This document shows, piece by piece, positions 32,232-42,366 of a stretch of DNA of 64,000 bases; position 1 is the stretch's first letter; each line of letters begins with the position of its first letter. The position numbers and the translations under genes are program-made. The DNA comes from Elainella sp. Prado103 (GTDB lineage: Bacteria; Cyanobacteriota; Cyanobacteriia; Elainellales; Elainellaceae). Below the pieces are notes generated by a model that was not told the origin of the DNA, searched no databases, and saw only the letters and a list, made by a program, of their open reading frames with translations. Location: assembly GCA_025454395.1 (NCBI GenBank), contig JALOOM010000007.1, positions 3,874-67,873 on the forward strand. Reading direction: 5' to 3'.

Positions 32232-32660
32232 CTATTCGGCTGCTCCTCCAGTTGCTTCGGCAGACTCAAAGGTGAGGGACACGCCGTTCATGCAATAGCG
32301 TAATCCGGTTGGGGCTGGGCCATCGTTGAATACATGCCCCAAATGCCCGCCGCAACGCTGACAGTGAACTTCTGTGCGAGTCATAAACAGCGATCGATCC
32401 ACCGAAGTTTCGATCGCATTGTCTAAAGGAGCATAGAAGCTGGGCCAGCCGGTGCCACTATTAAATTTGGTTTCTGAACTAAAGAGGGGCGTGCCACACC
32501 CAGCGCAATAGTAAGTGCCAGGTTGGTAGTTTTTGTCGAGGGGGCTGGTGCCAGCTCGTTCGGTGCCATGTTTACGCAGCACCTGAAATTGTTCGGGCGT
32601 GAGGTCAGCCCGCCACTCCGCTTCTGATTTGGTGATCTCGAAATTTTTTTGAGTAGTCAT
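32232..32660 (-). CDS. msrB: Peptide-methionine (R)-S-oxide reductase
   Basis: GTERAGT, CAGCG, GTGWPSF, CQRCGGHLGHVF, RYCMNG; start at ATG 32660. Confidence 0.96.
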   Translation of the reverse strand: MTTQKNFEITKSEAEWRADLTPEQFQVLRKHGTERAGTSPLDKNYQPGTYYCAGCGTPLFSSETKFNSGTGWPSFYAPLDNAIETSVDRSLFMTRTEVHCQRCGGHLGHVFNDGPAPTGLRYCMNGVSLTFESAEATGGAAE

Positions 32661-32852
32661 ACAGCAACCGTTACGACAGTTTAGATTTGAGATTTGGCTG
32701 AAAGCATCCCAGCTTAAATGGAAGCTGGAGGTCAAATGCCTGCGGATCCAACACTTGCGGATCCAACATCTGAGGATCGGAACGATCCTTCAGCTTTCTT
32801 CAGCCTAAAAGATTTTGTCGATGGCTTCAAATCCTGAAAACCGGCTGCTATT

Positions 32853-33602
32853 TTACGGGCTCTCTCCTCGGTAGTGATCCCAATCTAGATTCGGCATCCG
32901 CTCAAAGGCTTCTCGCAGCGAAATTTCCCAAAGCTTGCGAATTTTATCGAGATAGGGATCGCCCAAGCTGAGGCGGAGCTGGTGACTGATAAAAAAACTA
33001 TTGGTGCTATACATGGACAGATCGATCGGGGGGCCGACAGAAATATTAGACTTCATGGTGGAGTCGATCGATAACAACGCACATTTGGCAGCCTCTTCAA
33101 TCGGAGTGTCATAGTTGAGGGTGCGATCGAGGATCGGCTTGCCGTATTTGGTTTCCCCAATTTGCAGAAATGGGGTTTCTTGTGTTGCTTGGATAAAATT
33201 ACCCTGACTGTAAATCATGTATAGCCCTGGCGCTTCACCGCGAATCTGTCCACCCAATAGCATGGTGCATTTGAAGTCAATATGGTCTTTCTCCAGCCAG
33301 GGGCGTTCTTGCTGCTGTACTTGACGGATCTTTGCTCCCACATAACGCGCCACATCATAAAGGGTGGGGATGGTGTGGAGATTTTCGCTTTCCTGTAACT
33401 TGAGATCTTGCTGAAGCAGATTGATGACCGCCTGGGTGATCGACAGATTGCCTGCCGTACATATCAACAGCACTCGCTGTCCCGGAGCAGAAAAGTCGAA
33501 CATTTTTTGGTAGGTCGAAATGTAATCAACGCCAGCATTAGTGCGTGAATCGGCTGCCATTACTAGCCCATGGCGTGTCAAAATCCCAAGGCAATAGGTC
33601 AT
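32853..33602 (-). CDS. anbu: Anbu proteasome-type Ntn protease
   Basis: MTYCLG with Thr1 nucleophile, AADSRTNAGVD, AGNLSITQ, QIGETKYGKPILDR, DSTMKSNISVGPP; start at ATG 33602. Confidence 0.92.
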   Translation of the reverse strand: MTYCLGILTRHGLVMAADSRTNAGVDYISTYQKMFDFSAPGQRVLLICTAGNLSITQAVINLLQQDLKLQESENLHTIPTLYDVARYVGAKIRQVQQQERPWLEKDHIDFKCTMLLGGQIRGEAPGLYMIYSQGNFIQATQETPFLQIGETKYGKPILDRTLNYDTPIEEAAKCALLSIDSTMKSNISVGPPIDLSMYSTNSFFISHQLRLSLGDPYLDKIRKLWEISLREAFERMPNLDWDHYRGESP

Positions 33603-33739
33603 GTGAACCCAAAGGTGAACGATCGGTAACACTCTTTCCCATCTTAGGGGCAGGTGGTTCGAACCAAACCAACGATCAACCATAAACCAACGATCAACCC
33701 AAACATACAAACATACAGTGAGGCAATTAGTGAGGACGT

Positions 33740-33949
33740 ATGAGTTCAGTGGAATCTTCTAGTATTAAGCTCGATCAATTTTTGAAATGGGTCGGCATGG
33801 TGCAAACCGGCGGTGAAGCGAAGATGCTCATTCAGGATGGCCAGGTACGGGTGAATGGGGCGATCGAAACTCGCCGAGGCCGCAGATTATCTGAAGGCGA
33901 TCGGGTCGATGTAATGGGCGAAACCTTCGTCGTAGCAGGCTTAGACTAA
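33740..33949 (+). CDS. S4-domain RNA-binding protein (YbcJ/YaaA-like)
   Basis: IKLDQFLK..G...TGGEAK..IQDGQVRVNG..ETRRGRRL. Confidence 0.9.
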   Translation: MSSVESSSIKLDQFLKWVGMVQTGGEAKMLIQDGQVRVNGAIETRRGRRLSEGDRVDVMGETFVVAGLD

Positions 33950-34114
33950 CTTCATCAAGCAGACGGATAGGGATCGATGCAGTGGGCTTGCAGCAAATCT
34001 GTCGCTAGCGCGATGAATGGGGATGAATAGTGCTAGTCTCTAATTAAATATGCTGTGTGTACAGAGATGTTTAGCATGAAATTTGATCGATTAAGACTGG
34101 GAGGGATCACACTC

Positions 34115-34537
34115 ATGAAGAGATGGGTTGGCGTGCTGATGGCATTTAGTGTTCTACTGGGATGTCTAGGCTGGCTCGGAACTCAGCCTGCGGTGGCGTT
34201 CGGTTGGAATCAATTCAGCGCAACACCAACGCTTGCAGTTGCAGAACCTCGGAACCGGGCAGATGATAAGCTAGCGACTGAATTTGGTAAAAAGATTGAT
34301 TTAAATAATACGAATGTCCGTGCGTTTATGGACTATCCAGGGTTGTATCCCACCCTCGCTCGTAAGATTTTGGAAAATGCTCCGTTCGACTCAGTCAATG
34401 ATGTCCTGAAAATGCCCGGCTTGTCCGAGCGACAAGTGGATGTGTTACAGGCGAATCTGGATAACTTTACAGTCTCCGCTCCTGAAGATGTCTTCGTGGA
34501 AGGTGGAGATCGCTTCAATAACGGGATCTATCGTTAA
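34115..34537 (+). CDS. psbU: Photosystem II extrinsic 12 kDa protein PsbU
   Basis: RNRADDKLATEFGKKIDLNNTNVRAF..YPGLYPTLA, EGGDRFNNGIY; GGAGGG before ATG 34115. Confidence 0.96.
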   Translation: MKRWVGVLMAFSVLLGCLGWLGTQPAVAFGWNQFSATPTLAVAEPRNRADDKLATEFGKKIDLNNTNVRAFMDYPGLYPTLARKILENAPFDSVNDVLKMPGLSERQVDVLQANLDNFTVSAPEDVFVEGGDRFNNGIYR

Positions 34538-34700
34538 AACGGGATCTATCGCTAGATGGATTGGCGGAATGGATTGATCGCGTAGTCGCGAGTTAATCGC
34601 AAACCAAATCGCACTTAGTTGGAAGAGGGAATGCGTACCTGTTCGACTAAGGGCGATTTTTAGTATTTTGATGCGTTGGTCGTTATTCGCTGGTTAGCCT

Positions 34701-36632
34701 GTGTCTTACTCTGAGTTGCCGGATGAGTTACCCGATCGCCCTCCCTTGCCCGATCGGTTTGATGTGTTAATTATTGGTGGGGGAGCGGCTGGACTCTATA
34801 CAGCGCTCTGTTTGCCCTCTCATCTCCAAGTGGGACTAATTACCAAAGATCGGCTGTCTCTCTCTGCCAGTGATTGGGCGCAGGGCGGCATTGCGGCTGC
34901 AATTTCAACCGATGATTCCCCCCAATTGCATTTGCAGGACACTTTAAAAGCAGGAGCAGGGTTATGTGAGCCATCGGCCGTTTCCCTATTGGTGGAAAAG
35001 GCTGCTGACTGTGTCCATAAGCTTGTAGAAATGGGAGTTGCCTTCGATCGCGATCGGCAGACCACGCAGCTAGCACTGACCCTAGAAGCGGCTCATTCTC
35101 GTCGTCGCGTCCTTCATGCGGCTGATACCACCGGGCGGGCGATGGTGACGACTTTAATGGCTCAAGTGCTCGATCGCCCCAATATTCAAGTCTTGCAGGC
35201 ATTTGTGCTGGATCTGGTCATGCAATCTCATCCAGATCCACCCAATCTAGACCCACCCAATCTAGACCCACCCAATCCAGCTTCTTTCCCTCATTGTCAG
35301 GGTGTCGTGATGGTGTATGGCGATCAGTTAGTGCGAGTGGCGGCTGGGGCGGTAATTCTAGCCACCGGCGGCGGCGGACAGGTTTATGCCCAAACGACGA
35401 ATCCTGAGCTGAGTACGGGCGATGGGGTGGCGATGGCCTGGCGATCGGGCGCAGAAGTGCGTGATTTAGAATTTGTCCAGTTTCATCCGACCGCTCTCAC
35501 CCAGCCTGGGGCTCCCCGGTTTCTCATCAGCGAGGCGGTGCGGGGAGAAGGGGCGCATTTAGTTGATCAGACAGGCCGACGCTTTGCATTTGATTACCAT
35601 CCAGCCGGTGAGTTAGCTCCCCGCGATGTTGTGAGCCGAGCCATTTTCAACCACTTGCAGCAAACGAGTGCCGATCCCACCACAGCCCATGTTTGGCTGG
35701 ATTTGCGATCGATCGATCCAGACACGGTGCGCCACCGCTTTCCCAACATCATTCAGGTCTGTAAACAATGGGGCATTGATCTGTTTCAACAACCGATCCC
35801 AGTTGCGCCTGCAGCCCATTACTGGATGGGAGGCATCACGACCGATCGCGAGAGCCGCACGACTTTACCAGGGCTGTATGCGGTGGGGGAAACCGCCAGT
35901 ACGGGGGTACATGGTGCCAATCGGCTAGCCAGCAACTCCCTGCTGGAATGTCTGGTGTTTGGGGCTCAACTGGCGGCGATCGAGGTGAAGCCGCCTGGAT
36001 CTGGTGAAGCCGCAACTCATCCAGATGCAGAGTCGAAGTCAATGAACCTCTTAGATGAGGTGATTCAAGCCAATCTCCCAGTCAATCTCCCAGTCAATCT
36101 CCCAGTCAATCTCCCAGTCAATCTCCCAGTCAATCTTGCGCCCCTATCCCCTGAATTGACAGACATCCGGCAGGCTCTACCGCGATTAATGTGGCAAAGT
36201 GCTGGAATTTGTCGAGAAGCGGCCAGTTTAGCGGCTGCGATCAATCAAGTGGAGCAATGGCGACAGATTTTTGCTGCCGATCCGCTCAGCCAGTTTGTGA
36301 TGCAGGCGATCCAGCAGCTTCAAGGAGAACCATCTGGCGAGGTAACAGCGGGCGATCGATCCTCGGATGCTTCGGGTCGTCGTTCTGCCAGCCCCACCTA
36401 TCCGCCGATCCCACTCAACCCGCCCGGCATGGCTCTCACCCTACGCCAATGGAGTGAACTCCGCAATTTACTAGATATTGCTGGTTTAATGCTTAAAAGT
36501 GCTGCATTCCGAACTGAAAGTCGCGGCGGACATTATCGCGCCGATTATCCTGAGATCGATCCCCAATGGCAGTCCCATACGGTAATTGTGGGTGAAACCA
36601 TCACCCGATCCGCCCAGATCGCCCCAGCATGA
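34701..36632 (+). CDS. nadB: L-aspartate oxidase with repeat insertions
   Basis: IIGGGAAG, SDWAQGGIAAA, LEAAHSRRRVLH, EFVQFHPT, GVHGANRLASNSLLECLVFG, ESRGGHYR. Confidence 0.96.
   Translation: MSYSELPDELPDRPPLPDRFDVLIIGGGAAGLYTALCLPSHLQVGLITKDRLSLSASDWAQGGIAAAISTDDSPQLHLQDTLKAGAGLCEPSAVSLLVEKAADCVHKLVEMGVAFDRDRQTTQLALTLEAAHSRRRVLHAADTTGRAMVTTLMAQVLDRPNIQVLQAFVLDLVMQSHPDPPNLDPPNLDPPNPASFPHCQGVVMVYGDQLVRVAAGAVILATGGGGQVYAQTTNPELSTGDGVAMAWRSGAEVRDLEFVQFHPTALTQPGAPRFLISEAVRGEGAHLVDQTGRRFAFDYHPAGELAPRDVVSRAIFNHLQQTSADPTTAHVWLDLRSIDPDTVRHRFPNIIQVCKQWGIDLFQQPIPVAPAAHYWMGGITTDRESRTTLPGLYAVGETASTGVHGANRLASNSLLECLVFGAQLAAIEVKPPGSGEAATHPDAESKSMNLLDEVIQANLPVNLPVNLPVNLPVNLPVNLAPLSPELTDIRQALPRLMWQSAGICREAASLAAAINQVEQWRQIFAADPLSQFVMQAIQQLQGEPSGEVTAGDRSSDASGRRSASPTYPPIPLNPPGMALTLRQWSELRNLLDIAGLMLKSAAFRTESRGGHYRADYPEIDPQWQSHTVIVGETITRSAQIAPA
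36071..36136 (+). repeat. Five perfect 12-bp repeats CAATCTCCCAGT inside nadB (NLPV x5)
   Basis: Read directly; in frame. Confidence 0.95.
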
Positions 36633-36702
36633 ATGCCCCAAACCCTGTTTTGCCCTAGAAATTTGTCTAAACCATTCGAAATCTAAGCCATCTTACAAAA
36701 CT

Positions 36703-37401
36703 ATGGAACTGAAGCCTGCTTTAACCCCAGATGCCGATCGCGAAGCTTTCCAACTTGATGAAGTAGCCACCGATCGCAGACTCAGCGATGAGCAGTATCG
36801 TCGGAAAATGGAACGCCGCAAAGAAGTGCAAGAGCAGCGATTGTCCCAACGAACCCAGGAGAAAGGACTCATCATTGTCAATACTGGCAACGGCAAAGGG
36901 AAAACCACCGCTGCTCTAGGGATGGTGTTGCGTTCCTTAGGGCATGGTTATCGTGTTGCGATCGTGCAATTTATTAAAGGAGCCTGGGAACCCGCTGAAA
37001 AAGCAGCCCTGGCCCCTTGGTCGCAGGGAACGGAGCATCAGCCGCCTCAGTTAGAGTTTCATGCCATGGGAGAAGGCTTCACTTGGGAAACCCAGGATCG
37101 GCAGCGGGATATTCAAAATGCGGAAGCCGCCTGGCAAAAAGCATTGGAGTATATTACCAATCCCGACTTTAAGTTGGTGTTGTTAGATGAGGTAAATGTG
37201 GCGATCAAACTGGGTTATCTCGATCCGGCGGTGATTGTGGCTGGCTTGGCAAGCAAACCGGCTGATTGTCATGTGATTTTGACCGGGCGAGGGGCTCCAC
37301 CTGTACTGATCGATCGGGCTGATTTGGTGACGGAAATGACCTTAGTGAAGCACCCGTTCCGCGAACAAGGTGTGAAGGCTCAACCAGGGATCGAGTATTA
37401 G
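36703..37401 (+). CDS. cobO: Cob(I)yrinic acid a,c-diamide adenosyltransferase
   Basis: TGNGKGKTTAALG, QFIKG, GEGFTW, LLDEVN, TGRG, HPF..G..AQPGIEY; start at ATG 36703. Confidence 0.95.
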   Translation: MELKPALTPDADREAFQLDEVATDRRLSDEQYRRKMERRKEVQEQRLSQRTQEKGLIIVNTGNGKGKTTAALGMVLRSLGHGYRVAIVQFIKGAWEPAEKAALAPWSQGTEHQPPQLEFHAMGEGFTWETQDRQRDIQNAEAAWQKALEYITNPDFKLVLLDEVNVAIKLGYLDPAVIVAGLASKPADCHVILTGRGAPPVLIDRADLVTEMTLVKHPFREQGVKAQPGIEY

Positions 37402-37469
37402 CGATCAGGATCTAACCCTCTGGCATTCCAGACCGATCGGCGGCGCAAACGAACGGACAGCCCACCCCA

Positions 37470-38657
37470 TTACAGGGCTGCTGAGTTCGGAAGCGGCACG
37501 ACCGGCAGACTAGGAAGCGGGCTAGCTTCTGGAAGGGGCACTGGGATAGGCGCAGAGCTAGAGTCTGGTAGGGGTGAGGTTGCAGCCGGTGGAATTGCAG
37601 CCGGTGAGACAGTCGCCGGTGAGACACTCGCCGGTGAGACACTCGCCGGTGAGACAGTCGCCGGTGGAATTGCAGCCGGTGAGACAGTCGCCGGTGAGAC
37701 AGTCGCCGGTGAGACAGTGGCAGCGCAAGATTCTGTTCCGGGCGACTGAGTTGTAATTTGAATCTGTGGATAACCAGCGGTACTCAATAACTGGCTGACC
37801 ACGAGTTGGGCCCGATCGGTCGCCGATTGCAGGATGCCATCATTGCAGGCAGTCTGGACAATTTTAGCTAAGGTTTCTTGCTGCGCTAAAACTTGCAATT
37901 CTGGAGCAACATCGGGCCCCAGCCCCAAAAAGCCCCGATCGTAGTCATACACCTTCGATCGATTCACATCTATTTTGCTGTCTAGAATTTTGGCTGGAGG
38001 CAGTACCAGAGCAATTTGATCGCCATTTACCTGGATGTTTTGAGGCTGAAGGGTAGACAAATCCACCCCAGCACGCACTTCACCATGGGCGATGTAAAGT
38101 AACGTAGTTTTGCCGATCACATAGCTGCCCAAGGTACGCTCTCGGCTAGTCGGCACCACCGATTCCATACTGTAAACCGCAGTGGTTAATTCGCTGGCTC
38201 CGCGCACTTGCTGCACCACGATCGATCGAATATCAACTTGTGCCGGTGCGGTCGTGAGGGTTAAAGCTTGACGCAAGTGATGCAACAGTTGCCCGCCTGA
38301 TTGCCACATGCCGATCAGCCCAAAAGCGATGATGAACAACACGCCACCCGTCGTCATCAACGATAGATTCTTGCACCAAAGCTGCCAACCTGGGGTAGGT
38401 CGAGGCGGATGTGTCCAAGATGCACGATCGGCAGAATGGGCATATCCGGCAGAATGGGCATAACGATCGGACGGTGAAGTCGCAGCGGTGGTTGAAGGGT
38501 GTAATTCTCTAGGCAATTCCCCGGACAATTCCCGATCGGTTACAAAGCCGACCGTGGGTGGGTTGAAGGGTTGTGGGCGTTGGGTGGGGTTGGCGGGAAA
38601 AGCAACAGGAGCTGAGGCATGGGGCTGGGAGGGTGGCTGGTGAGGGCGATCGGGCAT
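37470..38657 (-). CDS. DUF4230 family protein with a Pro-rich N-terminus and ATVSP-repeat tail
   Basis: Single TM helix, ELTTAVYSMESVVP, GEVRAGVDLS, LPPAKILDSKID. Confidence 0.85.
   Translation of the reverse strand: MPDRPHQPPSQPHASAPVAFPANPTQRPQPFNPPTVGFVTDRELSGELPRELHPSTTAATSPSDRYAHSAGYAHSADRASWTHPPRPTPGWQLWCKNLSLMTTGGVLFIIAFGLIGMWQSGGQLLHHLRQALTLTTAPAQVDIRSIVVQQVRGASELTTAVYSMESVVPTSRERTLGSYVIGKTTLLYIAHGEVRAGVDLSTLQPQNIQVNGDQIALVLPPAKILDSKIDVNRSKVYDYDRGFLGLGPDVAPELQVLAQQETLAKIVQTACNDGILQSATDRAQLVVSQLLSTAGYPQIQITTQSPGTESCAATVSPATVSPATVSPAAIPPATVSPASVSPASVSPATVSPAAIPPAATSPLPDSSSAPIPVPLPEASPLPSLPVVPLPNSAAL
37581..37717 (-). repeat. About 9 copies of a 15-bp unit encoding ATVSP/ASVSP/AAIPP
   Basis: gccggtgagacagtc and variants, read directly. 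Confidence 0.9.
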
Positions 38658-39005
38658 GATCTTCGCTTTCCTGATGGTGGTGTGGAGGGCAGTTCTGAGG
38701 GTAATTGCGATCGAACGGGTTCTGCGCTAAACCTCTTCAGATTCTACCGAGATGATATTTTTTGCTGGTAAAAGTAATTTAGCAAAGTTGATGCTAGCGA
38801 TAAATAATCTGTAAGGCGAGATGAAATTTTTGAGACATCCTGAAATTGGTGGTCAAACCTGGCTTTGAGGCATTAATTTTTTAAAATTAACCATGAATGG
38901 ATGATGCCCAGCTTTCAGAAAACATACCTGGGCAGACCGGGATCGCTGTAAGATAACTTCAAGATACCTTCAAGAATTTGTTGCAAACTTTTGGTTGGGT
39001 TCAAC

Positions 39006-39371
39006 ATGCTGCTCAAATCCACAACTCGCCACATCCGCATTTTCACTGCCGATCTGCAAGCTGATCAATTGGTGCCTGCTGAGGACAAATTGACCCTTGA
39101 TGTCGATCCTGATAATGAGTTGCTTTGGAACGATGCCGCCTTGCAACAGGTCTATCGCAAGTTTGATGAACTGGTTGCCAGCTATGCTGGGGCCGATTTA
39201 ACCGATTACAATCTGCGGCGGATTGGTTCTGACCTAGAACATTTTGTCCGCTCCCTATTGCAGTCAGGACAGATTGCTTACAACTTAGCCAGTCGAGTCC
39301 GGAACTACAGTTTGGGCTTGCCGCGTCTGGCTGATGAGGGCAATGACAGTGATCATCTCGTGATTCGGTAG
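39006..39371 (+). CDS. ndhM: NDH-1 subunit M
   Basis: [42 protein letters not shown]; start at ATG 39006. Confidence 0.95.
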   Translation: MLLKSTTRHIRIFTADLQADQLVPAEDKLTLDVDPDNELLWNDAALQQVYRKFDELVASYAGADLTDYNLRRIGSDLEHFVRSLLQSGQIAYNLASRVRNYSLGLPRLADEGNDSDHLVIR

Positions 39372-39565
39372 GGTAGGCATCCTGCGATCGGATCGCCTGA
39401 TTCGGTCTTCCATGCACCTGGAATGCCCCAGCAATTCGTCAGGGGCAGGGTTGGGTTGATCCCGCCACCCAGAAAAAACTGACTCCCACCCGGATCTATC
39501 CCATCAGGTCTAAGATATCCTGGTAAAACCAACGTATTCCTGGATAGATCGGATCTTCTGGCTTC

Positions 39566-41992
39566 ATGCCCCATTCCGTAACTCTTTACTGCCCTAACCC
39601 GACTTGCCAAGCAGCGAATGCGGAAGACCATCACTTCTGCCAGAAATGCTCCACAGTGCTGCCCCACCATTATCTCTGGGCGATCGGTTCCGGGAGTTTC
39701 GCTGCCAAATTGGGTGATCGGGTGGGCGATCGATATGTCTGTAAGCAACCCAATGTCTTTCTGGATACGAAGCCTGGTCTCTTATCCAACACCTACCGGG
39801 AACTTCCTCAGCGTTATTTACCCTATTTGCGCTTGGTTCCCTATCAGCTCCATTTGCCCCAGGTTTACGATTGGGTGCAATTGGAAGCCGATCGAGCAGA
39901 TTTATTATTGTTGGATCGAGTTCCTCTTATCTCAGGGGGCGATCGAGTTACATCCCTAGCTCCAGCCCAGACTGCCAGCTCAATGCAACTATTGCCAACT
40001 TTGGCTGAGCAATGGCAGCAGGTATCTCCCCTGCGGCAGCTCAACTGGCTGTGGCAAATCGCCAATCTGTGGCAGCCCCTCAGTAGTGAACAGGTGGCGG
40101 GTAGTCTGCTCGATCCAGCCTTAGTGCGGGTTGAAGGATCGTTAATCCGATTACTGAAGTTGCGTCTCTTGGAAGCTCCTCCCCTCACGGATTTAGGGCA
40201 GTTATGGTTACAGTGGTCTGAAACGGCCCATCCAGAAGTCCGGCCGTTTATAGAGCAACTGAGCCAGAAGCTGATTGCCGGAGAAATTCCCAATGGGGAA
40301 GTATTAGTAAGCTATTTAGATGCGGGATTGGCTGAACTCAGCCAGTGCCAAACTCGCCAGCTTGAATTGATTACGCTCACCGATCAGGGGCCGACTCGCC
40401 AGCGCAATGAAGATGCTTGTTACCCTGTGAGTGGCACCCAGACGACCGCAACCCATCCAGCCCTATTGATCGTCTGTGATGGGATTGGGGGGCATCAAGG
40501 GGGCGATGTGGCCTCTCATTTGGCAATCACCACCTTAGAACAACGGGTGAAAGCACTTGATCTCGATCGGTTTGATCCAATCCATTTATCGATCGAGCTG
40601 GAAAAGGCTGCCTGTGAAGCGAATGATCAGATTAGCCAACGGAATGATCAAGAACACCGATTTGAACGGCAACGTATGGGTACAACCCTGGTGATGGCTC
40701 TCGTGCGTCATCATGAACTTTATGTTACCCATGTCGGCGATAGTCGCGCCTATTGGATTACCTCACGCGGTTGTCATCAACTCACTTTAGACGATGATGT
40801 GGCTTCTCGAGAAGTGCGGTTGGGCTACAGTTTTTATCGTCAAGCCCTGCATCAACCCAGTGCAGGATCGTTGGTGCAGGCTCTGGGGATGGGAGACTCC
40901 TCGATGCTGTATCCCACTGTCCAACGGTTGATTCCCGATGAAGAGGGATTGCTGCTGCTCTGCTCCGATGGGTTGAGTGACAACGATCGGATTGAGGAGA
41001 GCTGGGAGGCTGAAATTTTGCCGTTGCTCAGTCGGCAGGCTGATTTGGCAACGGTGAGTCAGCGCTTGGTGGAGATTGGTAATACCCGCAATGGCTATGA
41101 CAATGTGACGGTGGGGTTGATTCACTATCGGGTGGCAATCACTCATCCAGTACCAACCTTATCGCAACTACCCGAAACTTTACCATTCAGTTTATCCACA
41201 CAGCCGACGGTGAAAACGCAACCGAGTTGGGGACAAACAGATCAGTGGACTACCGAAAATACTCAGTTTGACGATCGAGAAACCGCAGATACAACTCTGG
41301 TGGCTCCACTGCAATCAGACTCATCTCCGACCCAGACCCGGCACTCGGCCAGCTCTATCAGGCGACAATGGAATCTTACCCCGCTTTGGCTAGGCATTGG
41401 GTTATTGATGGCGATCGGAGCAGGTGTCGGGGCGCTTTTGTCAGTGCTGCGGGAAGATCATTCTGGAGCTGATCCCACTCCTTTACCGGCTTCACCTGTA
41501 CCAACCCTCGAAAGTCAGCAACCGAATCTCGCCATGCCTCTCAGTTCGCTAGAGGTAGGCATGTTGGTACAACTGACTCAATCACCCGATGGGAATGAAC
41601 CCCTGCTGCTGGATCGTCCGGGCAATTGGGGAGCGACGACCGCAGAACCTCTGGCAGAACCTGTCAATCAGCCTGAGCCGCAACCGTTAGGTCGCATTCC
41701 GAGGAGTGCAGTTCTGGAGGTGCTACGGAAGCAAAGTTTGATCCAGCAAGAGCGTTGGGTAGAGTTAAGGGTTTGTACGGTGACTACCACTACATCCTCT
41801 GCGTCGCCCAGTGGTCTAACCAGTAGCCCAACCAGTAGCCCAACCAGTAGCCCAACTGAGCCGATCGAGCCTGAACCCTTGCTGTCCCCTCTCCAAACAG
41901 GGCAGACCGGCTGGATCGAGGAAAGGCTGATCTTGCCCTTGCTGACTCCCTACTCAGACGGCTCAACCGCACAGCCATCTGCCTGTCGCTAA
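39566..41992 (+). CDS. Membrane-anchored PP2C Ser/Thr phosphatase with an N-terminal Cys4 zinc ribbon (PrpJ-like)
   Basis: CPNPTC..FCQKC; PP2C motifs NEDA, VCDGIGGH, GTT, HVGDSRAY, CSDGLSD, DNVTV; TM helix LWLGIGLLMAIGAGVGALL. Confidence 0.9.
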   Translation: MPHSVTLYCPNPTCQAANAEDHHFCQKCSTVLPHHYLWAIGSGSFAAKLGDRVGDRYVCKQPNVFLDTKPGLLSNTYRELPQRYLPYLRLVPYQLHLPQVYDWVQLEADRADLLLLDRVPLISGGDRVTSLAPAQTASSMQLLPTLAEQWQQVSPLRQLNWLWQIANLWQPLSSEQVAGSLLDPALVRVEGSLIRLLKLRLLEAPPLTDLGQLWLQWSETAHPEVRPFIEQLSQKLIAGEIPNGEVLVSYLDAGLAELSQCQTRQLELITLTDQGPTRQRNEDACYPVSGTQTTATHPALLIVCDGIGGHQGGDVASHLAITTLEQRVKALDLDRFDPIHLSIELEKAACEANDQISQRNDQEHRFERQRMGTTLVMALVRHHELYVTHVGDSRAYWITSRGCHQLTLDDDVASREVRLGYSFYRQALHQPSAGSLVQALGMGDSSMLYPTVQRLIPDEEGLLLLCSDGLSDNDRIEESWEAEILPLLSRQADLATVSQRLVEIGNTRNGYDNVTVGLIHYRVAITHPVPTLSQLPETLPFSLSTQPTVKTQPSWGQTDQWTTENTQFDDRETADTTLVAPLQSDSSPTQTRHSASSIRRQWNLTPLWLGIGLLMAIGAGVGALLSVLREDHSGADPTPLPASPVPTLESQQPNLAMPLSSLEVGMLVQLTQSPDGNEPLLLDRPGNWGATTAEPLAEPVNQPEPQPLGRIPRSAVLEVLRKQSLIQQERWVELRVCTVTTTTSSASPSGLTSSPTSSPTSSPTEPIEPEPLLSPLQTGQTGWIEERLILPLLTPYSDGSTAQPSACR

Positions 41993-42366
41993 GCGCAAAT
42001 TAGAAACAACTCGATCGGCAGCGCGGCAGTTTTGCCGGAGTTAGGCTAGCAACTCTGATCATGCCTGGATTGGAGGAGTTTGATCCGTAGAGTTGACCGA
42101 TCCATCCCCATCGCAGTACAGTCAGTTCTATTCAAGGCGGCTGTCTGAACCCAGGTTTTCGATAACCGATCGTCTGCGTTTACTCGCGTAGCAGACCGGA
42201 TAGACTGATATAGGACTGTTGATATTGAAGACGAGAATGGGGTAGCCCTAGGTCATCTGGATCATAGAGTGTAACTCATCTAGTTGAGGTTGCCGCCAGA
42301 TTTGACTGCTCGCGTCGATCGAGTGATTTTCTTTGTAGCTTCTGCGTTTGTCTGAATTCCTGTCGA

